This document shows positions 10,366 through 21,119 of a DNA stretch of 64,000 nucleotides, piece by piece (positions within the stretch are counted from its first letter, which is position 1; every line of letters starts with the position of its first letter). Made by a program: the position numbers and the translations under genes. Under the pieces are notes generated by a model. That model was given only the letters and a program-made list of their open reading frames with translations. It was not told the DNA's origin and did no database searches. The DNA is from Microcoleus sp. (GTDB taxonomy: Bacteria > Cyanobacteriota > Cyanobacteriia > Cyanobacteriales > Microcoleaceae): NCBI GenBank assembly GCA_052279835.1, contig CP181291.1, forward strand, positions 3,776,001-3,840,000, written 5' to 3'.

Positions 10366-10716
10366 TTAGTCATCCAAATAATTGCCTAACCGCGATTTAT
10401 ATGGATTTAGAACCCGCTGTTGCAATTGACTAAAATAAACAATTTCGTACTCATCCCCCAATTCTTTTTGAAGTTTATTCCATAAACTAATCCCTTCTCT
10501 TTCAAAAACCCTCTTTTCCTTTTCACTCGCAAAACCAGCCGAAGCCGGATCATCCCAATCAATAGTTGCATCATAAATATCTTGCCAATTGAGTAAACGT
10601 TCAATTGTTGCCTCACTCAGCGGTAATTCCCAGGGTTCAATATCACCACCATCATCTCTATCCCACAAGGGATAACAATTATAATCTGGCATTAATTTAA
10701 TTCTTTGCAACATCAT
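10366..10716 (-). CDS. Putative immunity/antitoxin protein
   Basis: Acidic 116-aa protein (IKLMPDYNCYPLW), coupled to the upstream ORF by a TAATG overlap. Confidence 0.5.
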   Translation of the reverse strand: MMLQRIKLMPDYNCYPLWDRDDGGDIEPWELPLSEATIERLLNWQDIYDATIDWDDPASAGFASEKEKRVFEREGISLWNKLQKELGDEYEIVYFSQLQQRVLNPYKSRLGNYLDD

Positions 10717-11126
10717 TATCTCTCCTGAGTAAACCGACGGATTAAATTTTGCCTGGTAGGATTAGCGCCAACAATATAGCCATTGCTTGCTACTTCCACA
10801 GAAATATATTGTATCTCACCATTCAACTCAATTTCATAAACTGTTCGGCTTCTGCCTTGATTCCCTAAAATCCTACCGTTGATGACAGCCGCGATAACAG
10901 CATCAATAATTTGATCTTCAGGTATTCCCCTTGCTGCAAAGTTTTCTGCGTGTTGCTTCCGAATGTGTTGCCACCCAGAACCATCATTACCAATCTCCAA
11001 AAAAACAATTTTACCATCGGGCAATCTGGCAATCCGTAGAATGTCATCTGGGTTATGCTTAACTCCAGTGGCTCGCAGTTGGGCGATTAACTCTTCTCTA
11101 TCAACTTCACCTGTCAATGAAATCAC
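10716..11126 (-). CDS. Putative polymorphic-toxin-like nuclease domain, standalone
   Basis: GVKHNPDDI...FLEIGN...GWQHIRKQH...NGYIVGANP resembles C-terminal domains of Rhs/WXG-type toxins (recognition from memory); GTG start. Confidence 0.5.
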   Translation of the reverse strand: MISLTGEVDREELIAQLRATGVKHNPDDILRIARLPDGKIVFLEIGNDGSGWQHIRKQHAENFAARGIPEDQIIDAVIAAVINGRILGNQGRSRTVYEIELNGEIQYISVEVASNGYIVGANPTRQNLIRRFTQER

Positions 11127-11169
11127 CCCAAAACGTGCGATAATTTGATATTATCACCAACTTTCTAAT

Positions 11170-12591
11170 ATGACTGAACAGCCAACTGCAACCTACCGCA
11201 CCGAAAGCGACTCGATGGGAGACAAACAAATCCCATCAAATGTCTATTATGGCATCCAAACTATGCGCGCTATCGAAAATTTTCCGATTAGCGGGATTAA
11301 GCCTTTATCGACTTATGTTGATGCTTGTGTTTTAATTAAGAAAGCTACGGCGATCGCCAATGGTGAACTAGGCTGCATTCCGCAAGATATCAGTCAAGCC
11401 ATTGTCCAAGCAGCCGACGAAATCCTAGCCGGTAAATTGCGCGATCAATTTGTAGTTGATGTCTATCAAGCTGGGGCAGGAACTTCTCACCACATGAATG
11501 TTAATGAAGTTCTTTCTAATCGCGCTTTGGAAATTATGGGTGATGAAAAAGGCAACTACAAGCGTGTTAGTCCTAACGATCATGTAAACTATGGTCAATC
11601 GACCAATGATGTGATTCCGACGGCAATTCGGATTGGCGGATTGTTGGCGCTGGAAAAAACATTGTTGCCCGCTTTGTCCAAGGCCGTAGCCGCTCTAGAA
11701 AGCAAAGCCACAGAATTCCAAGATATTGTAAAATCAGGCCGCACTCATATGCAAGATGCAGTGCCTGTGCGACTCGGTGAAACCTTCCGCGCTTGGGCTC
11801 AAATTCTCAGAGAACATACCTTGAGAATTCAAACTGCATCGGGGGATTTGACATCCTTGGGATTGGGTGGCAGTGCGGTGGGTACTGGCTTAAATACTCA
11901 TCCTGAATATTGTCAAAAAGTTGCTGAAATTCTCTCGACATTAATTGATAAACCTCTGAAACCAGCCACACATTTAATGGCGGCTATGCAGAGTATGTCG
12001 CCGTTTGTAAATGTGTCTGGTTCGCTGCGAAATCTGGCTCAAGATTGCGTTAAAATGTCCCACGACTTGCGTTTGATGGACTCAGGACCGAAAACGGGTT
12101 TGAAAGAAATTCAACTGCCTCCGGTGCAGCCTGGTTCGTCAATTATGCCGGGAAAATACAATCCTGTGATGGCGGAAATGACTTCGATGGTTTGTTTTCA
12201 AGTCATGGGTTATGATAGTGCGATCGCCCTTTGTGCCCAAGCGGGACAATTGGAGTTGAACGTGATGATGCCCCTGATCGCCTACAATCTGATTCACAGC
12301 ATCGAAATTTTGGGCAATACGATTAGTGTGCTCAGCACCAAATGTCTGGCAAAAATTGAAGCTAAGGGCGATCGATGTCTGGCTTATGCTGAAGGTAGTC
12401 TCGCCCTGGTTACCGCCCTCAATACCCACATCGGTTATCTTAACGCGGCGGCTGTGGCCAAAGAATCCCTAGAAACTGGCAAATCTTTGCGGCAAATTGT
12501 GCTAGAACGCGGTTTAATGAGTGCAGAAGACTTGGCAAAAGTTCTAGACTTAGAGAAAATGAGTGCGATGCCCACATCTTCTGCTAAGTAA
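11170..12591 (+). CDS. aspA: Aspartate ammonia-lyase (fumarase/aspartase superfamily)
   Basis: YYGIQT.RA.ENF, QSTND, GRTHMQDA and GSSIMPGKYNP; class II fumarase is not excluded. Confidence 0.8.
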   Translation: MTEQPTATYRTESDSMGDKQIPSNVYYGIQTMRAIENFPISGIKPLSTYVDACVLIKKATAIANGELGCIPQDISQAIVQAADEILAGKLRDQFVVDVYQAGAGTSHHMNVNEVLSNRALEIMGDEKGNYKRVSPNDHVNYGQSTNDVIPTAIRIGGLLALEKTLLPALSKAVAALESKATEFQDIVKSGRTHMQDAVPVRLGETFRAWAQILREHTLRIQTASGDLTSLGLGGSAVGTGLNTHPEYCQKVAEILSTLIDKPLKPATHLMAAMQSMSPFVNVSGSLRNLAQDCVKMSHDLRLMDSGPKTGLKEIQLPPVQPGSSIMPGKYNPVMAEMTSMVCFQVMGYDSAIALCAQAGQLELNVMMPLIAYNLIHSIEILGNTISVLSTKCLAKIEAKGDRCLAYAEGSLALVTALNTHIGYLNAAAVAKESLETGKSLRQIVLERGLMSAEDLAKVLDLEKMSAMPTSSAK

Positions 12592-12709
12592 GCTCAACTT
12601 AAAACACAGAATCCTCAGATCCCCAACTTTTTTAATAAGTCGGGGATCTAACAGCAGATATCCCACCTTACGTTATTCTTTGATAGTGTCAAGTTTCGGA
12701 GCAACATTT

Positions 12710-13036
12710 ATGCGCGCAGGTTCTTTTAGTAAGTTAGTCCCTGATAGAGAGAATACAACGCAAGTTACCTTTTATTATGTGGAAGGTCAGGCAGAAACGT
12801 TTACAATTTCTATGCCTGCACGAGATTTTCAAGAGGAAGTAATGAATTTATTAAGCCAACCTTGGTTGACTTTTCATTTAAACGATCAAACCATTTTTAT
12901 CTGTACATCCAGAGTGGTTAAAATGGAAATAAAACCGGCGATTCCAGAACTTCAAGGTCAAGGAATATTCCCTAACTCCCAGCGAGTTACTACAATGCAG
13001 CGTGGGGCTGCGGGCCGATTGGCGATGGATACATAA
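12710..13036 (+). CDS. Conserved hypothetical protein
   Basis: 108-aa ORF from ATG 12710 with protein-like composition. Confidence 0.6.
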   Translation: MRAGSFSKLVPDRENTTQVTFYYVEGQAETFTISMPARDFQEEVMNLLSQPWLTFHLNDQTIFICTSRVVKMEIKPAIPELQGQGIFPNSQRVTTMQRGAAGRLAMDT

Positions 13037-13044
13037 TTGAGTAG

Positions 13045-13275
13045 TTGGTTATTGGTTATTTGTTACTTGTTATTGGTTACTTGCTGCGCCCTGAACGTAG
13101 TCGAAGGGTTATTGGTTAGTTGTTATTTTTGATTGGTGATTGGTTGTTTCTGGTTACTTGATTATTGGCAGACACAAACAACAGGAATCAACTCAAAATA
13201 ATAACAAATAACCCACAACAAATAACAAATAACCAATAACCAATAACAAATAACCATGAACAAACAACAAATAAC
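13045..13275. repeat. Opposed TTATTGG/TTACTTG and AACAAAT/AACCAAT heptamer arrays with an embedded 20-bp element
   Basis: Seen directly; CCCTGAACGTAGTCGAAGGG at 13089-13108. Confidence 0.85.
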
Positions 13276-13285
13276 CCATAAAATC

Positions 13286-14246
13286 ATGCCTAAAGTTAGT
13301 TTAATTAGAGCTAATTCCTACGATCGCCAAATCTTGCAAAAATCCTTAGAAAGCTTGATAGCACCCTTGGGGGGAATGTCAGCTTTTGTCAAAAAGGGCG
13401 ATCGTGTTCTACTCAAACCCAACCTACTCACAGGTTCTCGCCCCACCAAAGAATGCGTCACCCGTCCAGAATTGGTCTATTGTGTGGCAAAAATGGTAAT
13501 AGAAGCGGGTGGAAAACCGTTTTTAGGTGACAGCCCAGCCTTTGGGAGTGCTATGGGTGTTGCCAAAGCCAACGGCTATTTGCCACTGCTAGAAGAACTG
13601 AATTTGCCAGTAGTAGAATTTCAGGGAAAACGTTACGAAACTGTCAACGATGACTTCAATCATCTCCGGCTGTGCAAGGAAGCCATGGAAGCAGATGTGG
13701 TAATTAATTTGCCCAAATTGAAATCTCACGTCCAATTAACCGTCACCATGGGTGTGAAAAACTTGTTCGGCTGTGTTTCCCGGCAAAATGAAGGCTTGGT
13801 GGCACATGGAAGCGGGCAAAGATAGTGCTAGATTTGGTGAAATGCTGGTCGAAACTGCACGCACGATCAACCCAAATTTGACTATACTCGATGGGATTAT
13901 TGGTCACGAAGGTAACGGGCCAAGTGGCGGGGAACCTAAGTTTTTGGGAATTTTGGGCGCATCAAGTGATGTGTTTGCTTTGGATAGAACCATAGTTGAA
14001 ATTATTAATGCTAATCCCGCTAGTGTTCCGACTGTGGTGGCGGCGATGAAGTTGGGCCTTTGCTCGAATTTAGAGGCTATTGATTTTCCGCTGTTGCAGC
14101 CGGAAAGTCTTAAGGTGTCGGATTGGAAGTTCCCGGAAAATATGATGCCGATCGACTTTGGTATGCCTCGTGTGGTCAAGTCGGCGTTCAAACACCTTTA
14201 TATCAGGTTTATCAAAGAAAGGTTCAGCATCCGGGCTTCCGATTAG
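13286..14246 (+). pseudogene. DUF362 family protein, frameshifted near 13776-13778 (probable sequencing error)
   Basis: VLLKPNLL and INLPKLKSH motifs; removing one T restores KNLFGCVPGKMKAWWH. Confidence 0.8.
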
Positions 14247-14969
14247 CTCGCGGAAAGGGAAGGGGTAAAAGTTCCTGTTGTTAGGCCTTGTGCTTCGTCC
14301 TGTTAATTGTGAAGAAATATAACGGATATGTTACAATCTCAAATAGATTTTATGTTAAGCTTTAATAAGCTTGTCCTAAATCCTATGGTTGAAAGTATTT
14401 GTATCATTGTATTCAGAATTCGTGAATCACTCGTGCTGTTTTGCTAGCTCGCAGCAATCGGAAAATGATATTTAGGTATAAATACTTCGAGTGGCTCTCA
14501 ATTTGAACTGTAGTTAGTGGGAAGTTGCACTAATCTTTATAATTGAGCGATAAATTATAAAGACTCAGTAAAGATAGAAAAAGTATATTGACACTTCTAC
14601 TTATCTTGCATGATAATCCCCACATATCAACTAAATCCGGCTTGCATAACCCGTTTATTTATTAGTCAATAGAATCAGAGCGAAAGCTGGTATGTTAGCG
14701 GTTTCAACCGCCTAGCCTTCGAGGGGTAATAGACCCGTATTTGATCGGAAAGATGGCTGTTATTAAATGTACAAAGTTTAATCCAGTTGCTTTATCCATC
14801 TGTCAGTATTACAAATCTCTGAAACAGCTTCTGAAACCATTGTCGTATCAGGCATGGAAACCTAAATTCGGTTGATGTCTTTTATGCCTCTCGATGTTTT
14901 TTTTCAATTCCACCAAGGATTCATTACTAGATCGACAATAAAAAATTACAACTAAGGAATATCTAGCAT

Positions 14970-16217
14970 ATGCCTACTAACAACAACCTGACAATCTTAC
15001 AACCTCTACAAGCAAAACTATTGCCAGATGGTCAAGTTTTACTCACCCGTAAACTAATAGAAGCGATAGTTGAATTAAATAATTATTGGGATGGTTCCAT
15101 TACTGTGATGATGGAAGAATCACAATTCGAGAACGGCAATATCGATCAAAAAGTATTCAATATTAATGAACTACCTTTTAATTTAGAGGTGATTTCTTTC
15201 GATCTGATTACGCCAGCTTTACTGAAAAAACACCACAGCTCTGTAGTATTAGCAGTGCCCGGATACCGACAGAACCATATTGCTCAAGTCTGTAAGTTAG
15301 CGGGAGTGCCGTGTATTTATGTTTCTGAATACACTTTGAAAACTCGCCACCAAATTGCGACTGTGACTACAAGCAATCCGATTATGCGCCTGCGGAAACT
15401 GCTGTGGGAATACAATCAGGAAAAAAAGCAGTGCAAGGCGATCGTCATGGCAGATGGATTGCAATGCAACGGCACTCCTACCTACGAAGCCTACAAGCAT
15501 ATCAATCGCAATCCACTGTTTTTCTTTGACACGCGGATTAGCGAGGATATGTTAGCCACAGAGGCAGAAATTGAAAAACGCACTGCAAACAGCTTGCAAG
15601 ATAGGCCTCTACGTTTGTTGTTTTCAGGTCGCCTGGTTAAAATGAAAGGAGCCGATCATTTACTTTTGGTTGCTCAAGAACTCAAGCAAATGAAAGTTAA
15701 CTTTGAACTGTTCATCAGCGGTTCAGGTGATTTAGAAAAGACGATGCACAAGACCATCGCAGCTAATCAACTTCAGAACGTGGTGAAAATGCTTGGCGTA
15801 CCAGACTTTAAAACTGAGTTTTTCCCCTTTGTAAAGAAGAATATTGATTTGTTTGTTTGCTGTCACCGCCAGGGCGATCCTTCCTGTACTTACATAGAAA
15901 CTATGTCTTGTGGAGTGCCGATTGTGGGCTATGCTAACGAAGCATTCGAGGGGATTTCTGCAATGTCGGAAACCGGATGGGTTGTACCAATGAATCAACC
16001 TAAAGTGATGGCCCAGAAAATTGCACAACTCAGCCAGCAGCGGGAAGCAATTAAGTCTATGTCGTTCAAGTCTCTTCATTTTGCTCAAAAGCATACTTTT
16101 GAGAAGACTTTTAAAGCTCGCGTAGAACATATGCAGCAGGTGATTGCCCACTCAAGGCAGGCTCAAGAAGCTACGGAAAATCGATTGTCTGAAGAGACAA
16201 ATCCGATTTTTGCGTAA
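14970..16217 (+). CDS. Glycosyltransferase family 4 (GT-B)
   Basis: LFSGRLVKMKG and YIETMSCGVPIV motifs. Confidence 0.88.
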   Translation: MPTNNNLTILQPLQAKLLPDGQVLLTRKLIEAIVELNNYWDGSITVMMEESQFENGNIDQKVFNINELPFNLEVISFDLITPALLKKHHSSVVLAVPGYRQNHIAQVCKLAGVPCIYVSEYTLKTRHQIATVTTSNPIMRLRKLLWEYNQEKKQCKAIVMADGLQCNGTPTYEAYKHINRNPLFFFDTRISEDMLATEAEIEKRTANSLQDRPLRLLFSGRLVKMKGADHLLLVAQELKQMKVNFELFISGSGDLEKTMHKTIAANQLQNVVKMLGVPDFKTEFFPFVKKNIDLFVCCHRQGDPSCTYIETMSCGVPIVGYANEAFEGISAMSETGWVVPMNQPKVMAQKIAQLSQQREAIKSMSFKSLHFAQKHTFEKTFKARVEHMQQVIAHSRQAQEATENRLSEETNPIFA

Positions 16218-16371
16218 TATTCAATTCTGCGATTCACCCTGATTACCCGCTTTATTCTGTGGCGATTGAAACCGCTATTACTACCATTAAGTCGGCTTTA
16301 GCCGACTTAAGATCTAAAGGGGGTATTTGAGGTGACTGCTGTTTGCACTTCCATGGGATTTGATTTTGGTT

Positions 16372-16477
16372 ACATCAAATCCTCTCTTCATCATCCTGTA
16401 TTAATCTCTCTCTTCTCTTCCTTCGCGTCCTTAGCGCCTTCGTGGTTAAATCATTTCGATACCACCGGAATTGATAT
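16372..16477. mobile_element. MITE-like element (106 bp) with imperfect 11-bp TIRs
   Basis: ACATCAAATCC...GGAATTGATAT; homologous copy at 39387-39516. Confidence 0.7.
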
Positions 16478-16678
16478 TACATCACCATTGCGCCCGATCG
16501 CTAATAATGCGATCGCCAAACTCAGCTAAAAACTCCCTGCTGTAGCAGGGCTGTCTATGGATTATCTTTAATAAGCACCCTGATAAATTTACAGTCAAAA
16601 GTCAAACCAATTAGTTATTATCTCGACTTTTTACTTTTTACTTCTGAAAACCCACAATTCCCAACCACCTTGGAATAT

Positions 16679-17484
16679 TTAACCGTACAATACTTCTTTC
16701 ATAGGTGGCGTAGCATCTTTAGGATCGAACTGTTTTAATTTCAAGGCTTGTAGTAAAAACAGCCAGATATAAAGTGGATTCAACAAAACATACCGCTGCC
16801 AAAGACGCCCTGGTTCCATGACAAGTCGAAACAGCCATTCTAAACCCAACTTACCTAAAAACTCAGGAGATTTAGCCAAATTTCCTGAATGAAAATCGTA
16901 AGCAGCACCTACAGCAATCAGAGGCATTGATAATTCATCGCGATATTCGTAGGCCCAAACTTCTTGTCTGGGACACCCCAAACCTACAAAAGTAATTGCT
17001 GCACCGCTAGCACGAATTTCCTGAGCGATGCGATGTTTTTCTTCTGTAGTAGTCTGTCGGAATTTAGAAGGCTGCATTCCCGCAATAATTAACTTGGGAA
17101 AACGCTGGCAAAGATTTTGAGATAAAGCCTCAAGTACACAAGGTTTAGAGCCGTATAGATAGATAGACAACCCTTCGGCGGCGGCACTTTCGCAGATTTC
17201 TAACATCGCATTCGGCCCGCAAACGCGATCGGGCAATTCTGTATTATAGAGCAAATTAATGCCCATCTGACCGGTTGTCCATCCGGTAATACTAAGTCGA
17301 TGTGATTGAGGCGATAGCGATGAGTGCTGTCAAGGACTCCTGTCATTACGCCGTGCACTGCTAAAGCCGAAACCGACATTGGTTTGCCGGCGTGGGCTGC
17401 GCCAATAATTTTGCTAACTGCCGCTTCATAATTAACCGCATTTACTAAGATTCCCAGAACATTCTTTTTACCCTTATCAATCAT
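16679..17484 (-). pseudogene. WecB/TagA/CpsF glycosyltransferase, frameshifted near 17256-17264 (probable sequencing error)
   Basis: N-part ends [10 protein letters not shown]-part has DRVCGP, FVGLGCPRQE, VGAAYD and GLEWLFRL; one base is missing. Confidence 0.85.
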
Positions 17485-18559
17485 TTGGCACCTCTTTAAG
17501 CCAACGCTCGTGGTTACATTCATAAATTTCCTGAAGAATTTGTTTGACGTTATATTTCATTTTCCAATCTGGGTAGTGACTCTCGAATTTTCCATTGTCA
17601 CTAATCCACCATATATGATCGCCGATGCGATTACTTTCAGCATAGGTCCAGTTGAATTTGCGATCGGCAATTGTCTCGCACATTTGGATAGCTTCTAGCA
17701 TGGAACAATTGCTGTACCTGCCACCTCCTGTGTTGTAAACCTGTGCGCTTCTGGGAGCTTTGAAAAATTCATAAAATGCTGAAATTAAATCGGCGCTATG
17801 AATGTTGTCGCGGACTTGCTTACCTTTGTATCCGAAAACGGTGTAGGGAGTTCCTGTCACTGCGCATTTCATTAAGTAGGCGAGGAAACCGTGTAATTGA
17901 GCGCCTGAATGATTCGGCCCAGTCAGACATCCTCCCCGAAAACAAGCCGTGTTCATATTAAAATAGCGGCCGTATTCTTGAACTAAAATATCGGCAGCTA
18001 CTTTGGATGCACCAAACAAACTGTGCAAACATTGGTCGATGGACATATCTTCCCGAATGCCCCCTTCGTAAGTATGACCCGGTGCAATTTCCCACCTGTG
18101 TTCTAATTCCACTAAAGGCAATTTATTTGGTGTATCCCCGTATACTTTGTTGGTAGAAGTGAAAATGAAAACTGCTTTGGGAGAGTACAAGCGAGTTGCT
18201 TCTAAAAGATTGAGTGTGCCGTTGGCATTTACGGTAAAATCTATTTTAGGAGCACGGGCGGCCCAATCGTGGCTCGGCTGGGCTGCGGTGTGAATTACTA
18301 ATTCGATCGACTCGCCGTACCGCTGAAAGATATTGGTAATTGCTTCATAGTCGCGAATGTCAATATCTAAGTGGTAATACTTAGTCCCCAAGGATTGTTC
18401 TAGTTGTTGGCGGTTCCAATTTGTAGAACCATCTGCACCAAAAAAGAACTGGCGCATATTATTGTCAATGCCGACTATATCCAAGCCTTGTTTAGCAAAG
18501 AATTTACAGGCTTCAGAACCAATTAAACCCGCAGAACCCGTAATAATTGCAACGCTCAA
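17477..18559 (-). CDS. NAD-dependent sugar epimerase/dehydratase (CDP-paratose 2-epimerase-like)
   Basis: [30 protein letters not shown] and QVRDNIH motifs. Confidence 0.9.
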   Translation of the reverse strand: MSVAIITGSAGLIGSEACKFFAKQGLDIVGIDNNMRQFFFGADGSTNWNRQQLEQSLGTKYYHLDIDIRDYEAITNIFQRYGESIELVIHTAAQPSHDWAARAPKIDFTVNANGTLNLLEATRLYSPKAVFIFTSTNKVYGDTPNKLPLVELEHRWEIAPGHTYEGGIREDMSIDQCLHSLFGASKVAADILVQEYGRYFNMNTACFRGGCLTGPNHSGAQLHGFLAYLMKCAVTGTPYTVFGYKGKQVRDNIHSADLISAFYEFFKAPRSAQVYNTGGGRYSNCSMLEAIQMCETIADRKFNWTYAESNRIGDHIWWISDNGKFESHYPDWKMKYNVKQILQEIYECNHERWLKEVPND

Positions 18560-18615
18560 ATTTTATCCTCCTCACAAATATTGTTTGATATTTTGGCGAT
18601 CGAATACATCAGAAC

Positions 18616-19845
18616 TTATCCAGATTTTCGATCGAGTAGATCTTGGCACAATTGGGCAAAAAATTTACCTTTAACATCCCAATCATATACTTCTTTGACG
18701 CGCTTTCTACCTGCTTGACCCAAACGCGATCGCCCTAAAGGATCTTTGCCTAAACACACTATAGCTTCTGCTAAACCTTCCACAGCGCGATCGGGGTCTG
18801 TAGCCGGAACTTTAATCCCCGTTTCAGCAGTGACCTGAGTAGCAGGACCACCCAAATCCAAACAAATCACCGGACGACCTATCCCCATCATTTCCGTGCA
18901 GACAAAACCCCCAGAATCGTGCAAACTAGGGTGGAGGAGAACGTGAGATTCCCCCATTTTAGAAAGAGTTTCACCACGAGGTAGAGAACCCCAAAAATGG
19001 ACTTGGTTTTTGATTCCCAATTCTGTTGCCAAGGTTTCCAAACGCTGCCTTTCTGGACCATCTCCCACAATCCAGTATTCCGATTGTTCCAGCTTCGCCT
19101 CCGCAAATGCACGGAGTCCCAAGTGCACTCCTTTCCAGTGTAAGAGACGACCGACACTGATGAATCTAATGGGTTGTTCCGGTGGAGTTGGCAATTTTGC
19201 TAGTGCTTGAATTTCTGACTGCGACAAACCGACTTGCGAGAAAATTTTTACATTTTTTGCTTTGAGAAATCGCAGTCTTGCCGCCGTTTCTTCGGTAGTT
19301 GCTAACGCGACAACACTGCGACGCGCCGTCAACCCTACAAACGGATCGCGTTCTCCCAATCCTTGAGCCAATTCCCGGAGAGTTTCGTAAATTTTGCCCC
19401 GGCGGCTAAAATCTTGCCAAAAAGGCTTTGGTGCTGCTTCTGCACCCCCCACAGGTCCCCAAATGAAAGGGTGTGGTAATAATGCTAGGAAGCTGGGAGA
19501 CCAATGTTTCACATAAGTTACGTGCTGTATTATGTCAAAACCGATCGCGCGATCGAGTTTCCGAGCGATAAAATAAGCCCAGATTTGCCACAAATAGTAA
19601 TGAAGTTGCAGCAATCCTTGTTTCCCCTTCCAATCTTCGCTCCACCCAAAGGGGTCGAAATAAATAAAATGTAAATTGGGGACTGGATTGCGTTCTAATT
19701 CTGCTTCTATGTACGATCGACAAAAAGTGCGAGTAAATACCCAAGTTTCGTGATATTTAGCAGCTTGAATCACTGTATTCCATCCGACTCCCTCTTCAGA
19801 GCCGAGATTTGGTTCGCAAGCAAAAGCAGATAATAAAAGTTTCAT
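18616..19845 (-). CDS. Glycosyltransferase family 4
   Basis: SAFACEPNLGSE, VGRLLHWKG and HPSLHDSGG motifs. Confidence 0.9.
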   Translation of the reverse strand: MKLLLSAFACEPNLGSEEGVGWNTVIQAAKYHETWVFTRTFCRSYIEAELERNPVPNLHFIYFDPFGWSEDWKGKQGLLQLHYYLWQIWAYFIARKLDRAIGFDIIQHVTYVKHWSPSFLALLPHPFIWGPVGGAEAAPKPFWQDFSRRGKIYETLRELAQGLGERDPFVGLTARRSVVALATTEETAARLRFLKAKNVKIFSQVGLSQSEIQALAKLPTPPEQPIRFISVGRLLHWKGVHLGLRAFAEAKLEQSEYWIVGDGPERQRLETLATELGIKNQVHFWGSLPRGETLSKMGESHVLLHPSLHDSGGFVCTEMMGIGRPVICLDLGGPATQVTAETGIKVPATDPDRAVEGLAEAIVCLGKDPLGRSRLGQAGRKRVKEVYDWDVKGKFFAQLCQDLLDRKSG

Positions 19846-19847
19846 CA

Positions 19848-19930
19848 GTTATTGGTTGTTGGTTATTGGTTATTAGTTATTAGTTATTAGTTATTGGTTC
19901 TTCCCATAACAACTAACAAGTCACAACTAA
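19848..19930. repeat. TTATTGG/TTATTAG heptamer array
   Basis: Seen directly. Confidence 0.85.
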
Positions 19931-21094
19931 CTAATGACTTCTTTTCATCAAAAAAGATATAACTTCGACATAACCTTTAGCCGCAGTTTCAGGATTTTTT
20001 TGAGCAATTAGCTGTCGGGAGCGCTCCCCCATCGACTCAATCAAATCAGGATTATCTAGAAAAACTTGCATTTTTTCTGCTAAATCCTGAGCCTTACTAG
20101 GATCGAAAACATAACCGTTTTCCCCTGACACAATCAATTCGCAGGAAGCAGCACCCTTTGAACACAATACCGGTTTTCCAAACACCATTGCTTCTGGTAC
20201 AACCATTCCCCAGACATCCTCAAAAGTAGGAAATACAAAAACATCAGCTTGGTCAAAATAAGTCCCCAAACTTCCATAATCTACCCATCCCACCCATTTT
20301 ACTTGTTCGTAAAAATCTTGTTCTCTAATAAAACTTTCCAGTTCCTCCTGCTGGTCTCCCTTGCCAACAATCAGTAAAGTATAATCAGAATATCCTTGTT
20401 TTTTGAGCAGAGCACAAGCTTCTAACAGCGTCTTAATTCCTTTTCTGGCGGTAATCCGCCCCACATATAAAAAAATCGGCTGCTTGAGGTCTAATTTTTT
20501 GACCTTAGTTGTGGACAAAGGTTTCAGCAGCGTTTCCGCATCGGGAACTAAATAAGTTCTCGTAAAAACTTCCGCTTCTGGTACATTCAGCGATTCTACC
20601 AAATATCTTTTTCCTGCTTCGCTGTTAGAAACAAAAGCATCAGCAAACTTCGCTAATATGCGTCTGACAGATGTCCGAAAACTCGAATCTCGAAAATCTG
20701 TGTTCGGGGAACTACCATCATAAATAATTGCTATTCGCCACCGACAAATAGGTTTAAGAAGCACCACCAAGACCGTCCACAAAGAAAAAGCTTGAGGAAA
20801 AACTATATGAGGTCTAAATTTGAGCAAATGACCTATGATACTGGGTGATACGGCGATAAAACCGCGATCGTACCCTGTTTCAATCTTTTCGGTTTCGACA
20901 AAGTTAGTCTCCCCTACCAATACAATCGAAGATGCTCCCGGTAGCGTCGGATCGAATCCAGACCAAACACGACCAGTATAAAAAACTGTATTCTTAAATA
21001 CTTGGGTAAATTCTCTCAATACTGGCTGCCAGTAAGCTCCCAATTCGACTTCCGGGACTAGCCAAGCGACGCGGATTTCATCCATGCGATTCAC
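19931..21094 (-). CDS. Glycosyltransferase family 4
   Basis: YVGRITARKG and FPTFEDVWGMVVPEAM motifs. Confidence 0.9.
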   Translation of the reverse strand: MNRMDEIRVAWLVPEVELGAYWQPVLREFTQVFKNTVFYTGRVWSGFDPTLPGASSIVLVGETNFVETEKIETGYDRGFIAVSPSIIGHLLKFRPHIVFPQAFSLWTVLVVLLKPICRWRIAIIYDGSSPNTDFRDSSFRTSVRRILAKFADAFVSNSEAGKRYLVESLNVPEAEVFTRTYLVPDAETLLKPLSTTKVKKLDLKQPIFLYVGRITARKGIKTLLEACALLKKQGYSDYTLLIVGKGDQQEELESFIREQDFYEQVKWVGWVDYGSLGTYFDQADVFVFPTFEDVWGMVVPEAMVFGKPVLCSKGAASCELIVSGENGYVFDPSKAQDLAEKMQVFLDNPDLIESMGERSRQLIAQKNPETAAKGYVEVISFLMKRSH

Positions 21095-21119
21095 CTTTTA
21101 GTTGTAGGAGTAGAGCTGA

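Noticed and set aside
14247..14969. Long intergenic region as an ncRNA or NtcA-regulated promoter
   Set aside because: AT-rich; I found no convincing GTA-N8-TAC site or stable structure.
16332..16529. 65-aa ORF, and the 39371-39583 N-terminal extension of TerD
   Set aside because: Both are read-throughs of the MITE; TerD plausibly starts at ATG 39584.
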